Shown piece after piece: positions 59,408 through 64,000 of a DNA stretch of 64,000 bases (position 1 is the first letter of the stretch; every line of letters begins with the position of its first letter). This DNA is from an uncultured Acidobacteriota bacterium (GTDB lineage Bacteria; Acidobacteriota; UBA6911): the NCBI GenBank assembly GCA_963827655.1, contig CAWHCF010000029.1, positions 160,001-224,000 on the forward strand. The letters run 5' to 3'. Made by a program: the position numbers and the translations under genes. The notes beneath the pieces were generated by a model. The model was not told the DNA's origin. It was given only the letters and a program-made list of their open reading frames with translations, and made no database searches.

Positions 59408-60025
59408 TCAATGACTCAAGAGTGTGCTTGCCAGGCTGGCGGCGAAGTCGCGCGCCAGCCGCTCCAGGGCCGGGTTTTCCTCGGAGAAGAAATCGGTAAT
59501 CTTGGCGTTGAGGACGTAGCGCTCGCTGTAGACGTAATTGGGGTTTTCCCAGAGAACGGCGCCGTCTCTCACGCGCGTGAGTTTCACGGCCATGTGAACT
59601 GTGACCAGGAACGCCGATCCGAAGGTGTCCAATCCGAAGGTGACCGGACTCGAACTGAACCCCCTGATTTCACCCGCTAGCACCGCATCGACCCCCGACG
59701 AATTGGAATTGATGGGAATCCGCGTGCGGGCGGAGAATTCCTTTAAAACGGCGCGGGTAATCTGCTGTTCCACTTTGTATTGGTGCGTGGCATTGCCGAA
59801 AGTGGGAATTCCCAGAGACTCGACTCCACCGGGCAGATTTTGAACCGAGCTGCGCACCTGATATCCACAGCCGGTCAGCACCAGGAAAACCAGCGCGGCC
59901 ACGCTCGGAAGCAGCCGGGGTGCGGGCGCGTGTCTTCGTGTCTTCGCTTCTCCGTGGTTAGTGCGGCGTCGCAAAAACACCCACCAAGTCTCAACGACTC
60001 GAGGAAACACCAAGAACCTTGTCAT
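59408..60025 (-). CDS. lptE: LPS assembly lipoprotein LptE
   Basis: Lipobox LTGC-GY, I.TF.N.T, ADA-like VDAVLAGEI, C-terminal helix; upstream of holA; start uncertain (ATG 60025). Confidence 0.85.
   Translation of the reverse strand: MTRFLVFPRVVETWWVFLRRRTNHGEAKTRRHAPAPRLLPSVAALVFLVLTGCGYQVRSSVQNLPGGVESLGIPTFGNATHQYKVEQQITRAVLKEFSARTRIPINSNSSGVDAVLAGEIRGFSSSPVTFGLDTFGSAFLVTVHMAVKLTRVRDGAVLWENPNYVYSERYVLNAKITDFFSEENPALERLARDFAASLASTLLSH
59928..60018. repeat. Octamer-family two-arm element inside the lptE 5' coding region
   Basis: GCGTGTCTTCGTGTCTTCGCTTCTCCGTGGTT ... CCCACCAAGTCTCAACGACTCGAGGAAACACCAAGAACC. Confidence 0.8.
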
Positions 60026-60044
60026 ACCGGTCCCGTATGATGGT

Positions 60045-60599
60045 CTAAACCCGCGCAGGCTGGATCCGATCTTGAGCTTGATACTTACCCTTTCGGTCGC
60101 CGTAGGAACTGGCGCATTCGCTCTCGGCACGGATGAAGATTATCTGGGCAACTCCCTCGCCGGAGTAAACCTTCAATGGAAGCGGCGAGGTGTTAACCAG
60201 GGATATAGTTACATAACCCTCCCACTCGGGTTCAAAAGGAGTGACGTTCACCAGAAGACCACAGCGGGCATAGGTAGATTTTCCCTGACACAACACCAGA
60301 ACGTCGCGCGGGATTCTGAAGTATTCGAGGGACCGCCCCAACACAAAGGAGTTTCCGGGAATGTGGCAGGAATTGCTCGTGACATCCCTGAACCGAACTC
60401 GATCCATCTTTTTGGGATCCAGATATTTCAAGCCGCTGAATTCCGGAATCTTATAGGCGTCGGCCAATCGGAAGTCGTATCCATAGGAACTGACTCCGAA
60501 AGAAATTTTTCCGGGTCGCATCCGGTTTTCAGCGTATGGCTCAATCATCGCGTGTGTTTTAGCCATTTCTTCGATCCAGTGATCCGGTAAGACGCTCAT
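60045..60599 (-). CDS. dcd: dCTP deaminase
   Basis: ISFGVSSYGYD, GKSTYARCG..VNVTPFEPEWEG, GKYQ. Confidence 0.95.
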   Translation of the reverse strand: MSVLPDHWIEEMAKTHAMIEPYAENRMRPGKISFGVSSYGYDFRLADAYKIPEFSGLKYLDPKKMDRVRFRDVTSNSCHIPGNSFVLGRSLEYFRIPRDVLVLCQGKSTYARCGLLVNVTPFEPEWEGYVTISLVNTSPLPLKVYSGEGVAQIIFIRAESECASSYGDRKGKYQAQDRIQPARV

Positions 60600-60687
60600 C
60601 GCTCTCTCCAGGCAAAAAGCGGTGCTCTCGAGGTTGGAAGGCCGGGAAGTCTAGCACCCTGGCTCTAACCCTGTAAACAGAAATGGC

Positions 60688-60716
60688 TTGACAGCCATGG
60701 CGGCCACAAATAATAT
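60688..60716 (+). promoter_or_regulatory. sigma70 promoter for the HU gene
   Basis: TTGACA-17 nt-TAATAT. Confidence 0.65.
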
Positions 60717-60744
60717 CGCTGCTTCAACTTATGGAGGGTTCAGC

Positions 60745-61020
60745 GTGATCAAACAGGACATCGTGAATCGTGTCGCTGAGCAGTTGAACATTACGAAGGT
60801 CAGGGCAGAGGTAGCGGTGGAGTCAGTGTTTACTTCGCTCAAGAATGCGCTGAAACGAGGAGAAAGAATCGAACTTAGAGGATTCGGGGTTTTCATAGTG
60901 AAGCCACGTAAAAGCGGCGTTGGAAGGAATCCTCGAACTGGAGAGGAAGTCGCTATTCCTCCCGGGAAAACCATTCGATTCAAACCCGGCAAAGAGATTC
61001 GCGCGGACAAGATTGTTTAG
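60745..61020 (+). CDS. HU/IHF family DNA-binding protein
   Basis: IELRGFGVF, GRNPRTGEEV.IP, FKPGK; GTG start with GGAGGG SD. Confidence 0.95.
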   Translation: MIKQDIVNRVAEQLNITKVRAEVAVESVFTSLKNALKRGERIELRGFGVFIVKPRKSGVGRNPRTGEEVAIPPGKTIRFKPGKEIRADKIV

Positions 61021-61078
61021 GAATCCATCAACCGGTCTCGCCAGAACTCATCTATCCCTACAAAGTCCCATAAGTACA

Positions 61079-62062
61079 GTGAGGAATGATCTTTCAGACT
61101 CCTACCCACGCCCGGTAACTGAGTGGCCGGTTGAATCTACGCCTCCCCTCGCTGAACCTGTTCTGCAGGCGCCCGGATGGCGGGAATGGGTGCTTCCCGC
61201 CATCCTCTTCATCGCCACGTTTTTCAGCACGACTTTCGCGGGACTCTGGTATGCGGGATACGGCGACGGCGGGTTTTTTTCTACCGCGCTGGCAGCAGCA
61301 ACTCAACCCACGATTCTATTGTACGGACTCCCGTTCTCGTTTACGTTCCTGACCATTCTTTTAGCTCACGAGATGGGACACTTCCTGGCCTGCAAATACT
61401 ACGGAATACGCTGCACGCCGCCGTTTTTCATTCCGGTCCCGGTTTCGATCGCCGGAACGCTGGGCGCTTTCATCAAGATCAAATCGCCCTTTCAGCACAA
61501 GCGGGCTCTGTTCGACGTCGGAGTGGCCGGTCCGCTTGCGGGATTCGTATTCATTCTTCCGGCCCTGGCGATCGGGGTGGCATACTCCCGCCTCATTCCC
61601 AAGGGCAGCTTGCAAAATGGATTGAATTTCGGCGAGCCGCTGCTTTTCCGCTGGATGAGTAAAATGATCCTGGGTTATTCACCCGCCGTGGAAGACATGA
61701 TCGCCCATCCGATCGCGATGGCAGCCTGGTTTGGTCTTCTTGCGACCTGCCTTAATCTCTTTCCAATCTGGCAGCTGGACGGTGGTCACATGGCATATGC
61801 GGTACTGGGTCGCCGCTTCCAGAAGAAGCTCTCCATTGTAGGCGCGATAGCCCTGGTCTTGATCAGTTTTGTCGGATGGCCTTTCCCCGCCTATCTCGTC
61901 TTCGGAATGCTCTTGCTTATCCTCGGCTCCCGTTTCCGCTTCTACCATCCTCCGACGCTCTATGACGAAGAAAGCGTCGGCACCGGGAGAGTGCTGGTTT
62001 GTATTCTGGCGCTTCTGATTCTGATTGTCTCCTTCACCCCGGTTCCCTTCTCGGTTTCTTAG
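61079..62062 (+). CDS. Site-2 protease (peptidase M50)
   Basis: AHEMGH, GTLGAFI, DVGVAGP.AG, LNLFPIWQLDGGH; start uncertain. Confidence 0.92.
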   Translation: MRNDLSDSYPRPVTEWPVESTPPLAEPVLQAPGWREWVLPAILFIATFFSTTFAGLWYAGYGDGGFFSTALAAATQPTILLYGLPFSFTFLTILLAHEMGHFLACKYYGIRCTPPFFIPVPVSIAGTLGAFIKIKSPFQHKRALFDVGVAGPLAGFVFILPALAIGVAYSRLIPKGSLQNGLNFGEPLLFRWMSKMILGYSPAVEDMIAHPIAMAAWFGLLATCLNLFPIWQLDGGHMAYAVLGRRFQKKLSIVGAIALVLISFVGWPFPAYLVFGMLLLILGSRFRFYHPPTLYDEESVGTGRVLVCILALLILIVSFTPVPFSVS

Positions 62063-62163
62063 GGGTTCGATGCACGCTCCCCGTTGATGACAGAACCGTG
62101 GCCAGGTCACCGTCTATTTTGTGCTTTCGCGGCGGAATTTCGCCTGGTTGGAGATGGATCGTA

Positions 62164-62192
62164 TTGACAGATTCGAGCGCGTTGATGATAAT
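62164..62192 (+). promoter_or_regulatory. Promoter for tRNA-Ala
   Basis: TTGACA-17 nt-GATAAT. Confidence 0.6.
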
Positions 62193-62225
62193 TTTCGGTC
62201 GATTCTGCGAGGCAGACTAAGAAGT

Positions 62226-62301
<76 letters not shown>

Positions 62302-62322
62302 ATCTTTATCCCCTGCCCGTCT

Positions 62323-62343
62323 GCTTGGTGTCTTTGTGGTTAG
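62323..62343. repeat. Short octamer-family arm
   Basis: GCTTGGTGTCTTTGTGGTTAG. Confidence 0.5.
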
Positions 62344-62401
62344 TGTCGCCTGAACAGAGAACTCTGATCAAACCGCCTTTGATCCTGAAACCGACTTCGA
62401 A

Positions 62402-63023
62402 CTACAGTACTGGAGGGCGGAAGACGCAGACTGCGAAGGCCTGAGACCGGGCTTGCCGTCCCGACTGGTCTCGAGCAGGAGCGAATTTCCACGCGCGCAC
62501 AGCTTTCGTGCAAGGGTCGGTCAGGCCCTCCTGCCGATTTAACTCCGTTAACATCGGATACGTTTCCAGAGTCGTCGATTTCGAGGCGTAAGATCACACT
62601 TCCCTGTCCGATCACGTTTGCCGGATACACGGGTTCAACCACGTGCCGGGGCAACGCCACGTCGCTCGGACCGTGCGACTTTCGAAGGACCGGTGAGTTC
62701 GGACCGAGGGCGAACAGGCCAGGATTTCGGAAGTTTAGCACCACCGGAATACGTTCGGTGACCTTGCCGGGCTTAAAGCGCCAGCTTCGGAGCGCGTCAC
62801 GCGCGGAGGTCGCGAAGGGCTCTTCTCCCGCAAGGATTTCCACTTGCGTAACAGAGCCCGCGATAACCTGAAGCGCAGCTACGACGGTTCCGCCCGCGAC
62901 CGCGTCTGGCGGATAGACCGGTCCAGTGACCGAGATGGGATCCCCAGCGGCAAAAACTCCCAGCGCGGTAGCGAGCAGAAATGTCATGACGAAGAGCGTA
63001 ACCGGTGCGCCAGAATGATTCAA
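62402..63023 (-). CDS. Protein with two tandem TonB C-terminal-like domains (one extra base near 62527)
   Basis: PVYPP...WRFKPG, then EPVYP..G.V.L...IDDSG.V. Removing one G gives AVRAWKFAPA...FRPPVL*. Confidence 0.78.
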
Positions 63024-63103
63024 GACGATACGCGCGGGAATACACCCGGGCTCGCGCGGGTTTACAAATGGAGCGCGAGGTGTTAAAAGAAATCACGCTG
63101 GTC

Positions 63104-63179
63104 GGGCGCCTAGCTCAGCTGGTAGAGCACTGCGATCACACCGCAGGGGTCACAGGTTCGAGTCCTGTGGCGCCCACCA
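63104..63179 (+). tRNA. tRNA-Val(CAC)
   Basis: 76-nt cloverleaf GGGCGCC...GGCGCCC-ACCA; anticodon loop ATCACAC; TTTACA-17-TAAAAG promoter at 63061-63089. Confidence 0.95.
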
Positions 63180-63253
63180 CCTGCCGATCGATCCATACCC
63201 AGCAGCTGGACGAATGGATGTGTAGCGTCCCCACGGCGTCGGGGACATCGCTT

Positions 63254-64000
63254 TCAACTCGTGACCGGATCAGGAAACCGATAGCGGGCGACGATGACGG
63301 TCACGTTATCTCTACCGCCACGTTGCAGGGCGAGTTCGACGAGCGTGCGGCAATCCTCCTTGGCTCCTCCATTTCGCTGGAGCACGCTCGCAATCAGATC
63401 GTCCGTGATCATTTCGGTCAGGCCGTCCGTGCATAGCAACAGGCAGTCACCGTCGGCCAGCTGAAGCCGCTGCACCTCCGCCTTGAGGTCCTGGCCGTGC
63501 CCGCCGAGGGCCTGGGTCAGGATGTGGCGCAGCGGGTGGGCCGCGGCCCCCGCTGGTGTGATGTGTCCCAGGTCCAGCAGTGTCTGTACAAGCGTATGAT
63601 CCCGGGTGAGCCGTTGCAATTCGCCCTTCCGGTACAGGTAGGCGCGCGAATCCCCGACCTGCACGACAAAGAGGTCGGCTCCCAGACTGTAGGCGAGGGT
63701 CATCGTAGTCCCCATGCCGGACAGCGTCCGATCCTCGCTGGCCCGGCGGGCGATTTCGGCATCGACCCTGCGGTAGTACCGAGCCGCCCGCTTCATTGTC
63801 TCTTGCGCCCGGGCGTCGTCGACCCGAAGGATCCAGTCCGGAACCTGGAGCACCAGATTCACCAGCGTGCTGATGGCCAGCCGGCTCGCCAGTTCGCCGC
63901 CTTCTGCGCCACCGATACCGTCGGCGACCACAAAACCATAGCCCGCCTCCTCGGACCGGCCCGGTGCCTCCCCTTCCGGCAGGCTGGTCAGCAGCACGTC
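63254..64000 (-). CDS. PP2C-family Ser/Thr protein phosphatase (5' part outside the window)
   Basis: VVADGIGG..GG..AS, MGTT, VGDSRAY, LTRDH, LLCTDGL, GGRDNVT. Confidence 0.93.
   Translation of the reverse strand, partial: DVLLTSLPEGEAPGRSEEAGYGFVVADGIGGAEGGELASRLAISTLVNLVLQVPDWILRVDDARAQETMKRAARYYRRVDAEIARRASEDRTLSGMGTTMTLAYSLGADLFVVQVGDSRAYLYRKGELQRLTRDHTLVQTLLDLGHITPAGAAAHPLRHILTQALGGHGQDLKAEVQRLQLADGDCLLLCTDGLTEMITDDLIASVLQRNGGAKEDCRTLVELALQRGGRDNVTVIVARYRFPDPVTS

Overview
GC-rich bacterial chromosomal housekeeping region. It is most consistent with Acidobacteriota (inferred from the fused LptF-LptG, the tol-pal-cpoB-ssb order and a DnaC/IstB-like loader). It holds about 57 protein genes: dnaE, guaA, uppP, rarA, yqeC, an ArnT/flippase/GT2 trio, mutS, tsaB-rimI, tol-pal, recN-miaB, AK-HSDH, lptFG, ahcY-metK, xerD-murJ, lpxD, ppdK, ino1, recO, pssA-psd, ddl-phoH, rpsT, argF-holA-lptE-dcd and HU. 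It also has two tRNAs (Ala-CGC, Val-CAC). I found no transposase, phage or CRISPR. The most unusual signal is non-coding: gene junctions are densely filled with at least three families of small palindromic or tandem-repeat elements. These are (CGATTGA)n heptamer arms at 4 loci, (CTTCGTGT)n-GGTT octamer arms at about 14 loci, and one near-perfect 34-bp inverted repeat. Several copies supply stop codons, one appears translated in-frame in the LptE signal peptide, and two near-identical copies bracket uppP plus a methyltransferase as ~65-bp inverted repeats. guaA appears to start at a non-canonical ATT/ATC codon. Six single-base frameshifts in conserved genes are most likely sequencing or assembly errors.
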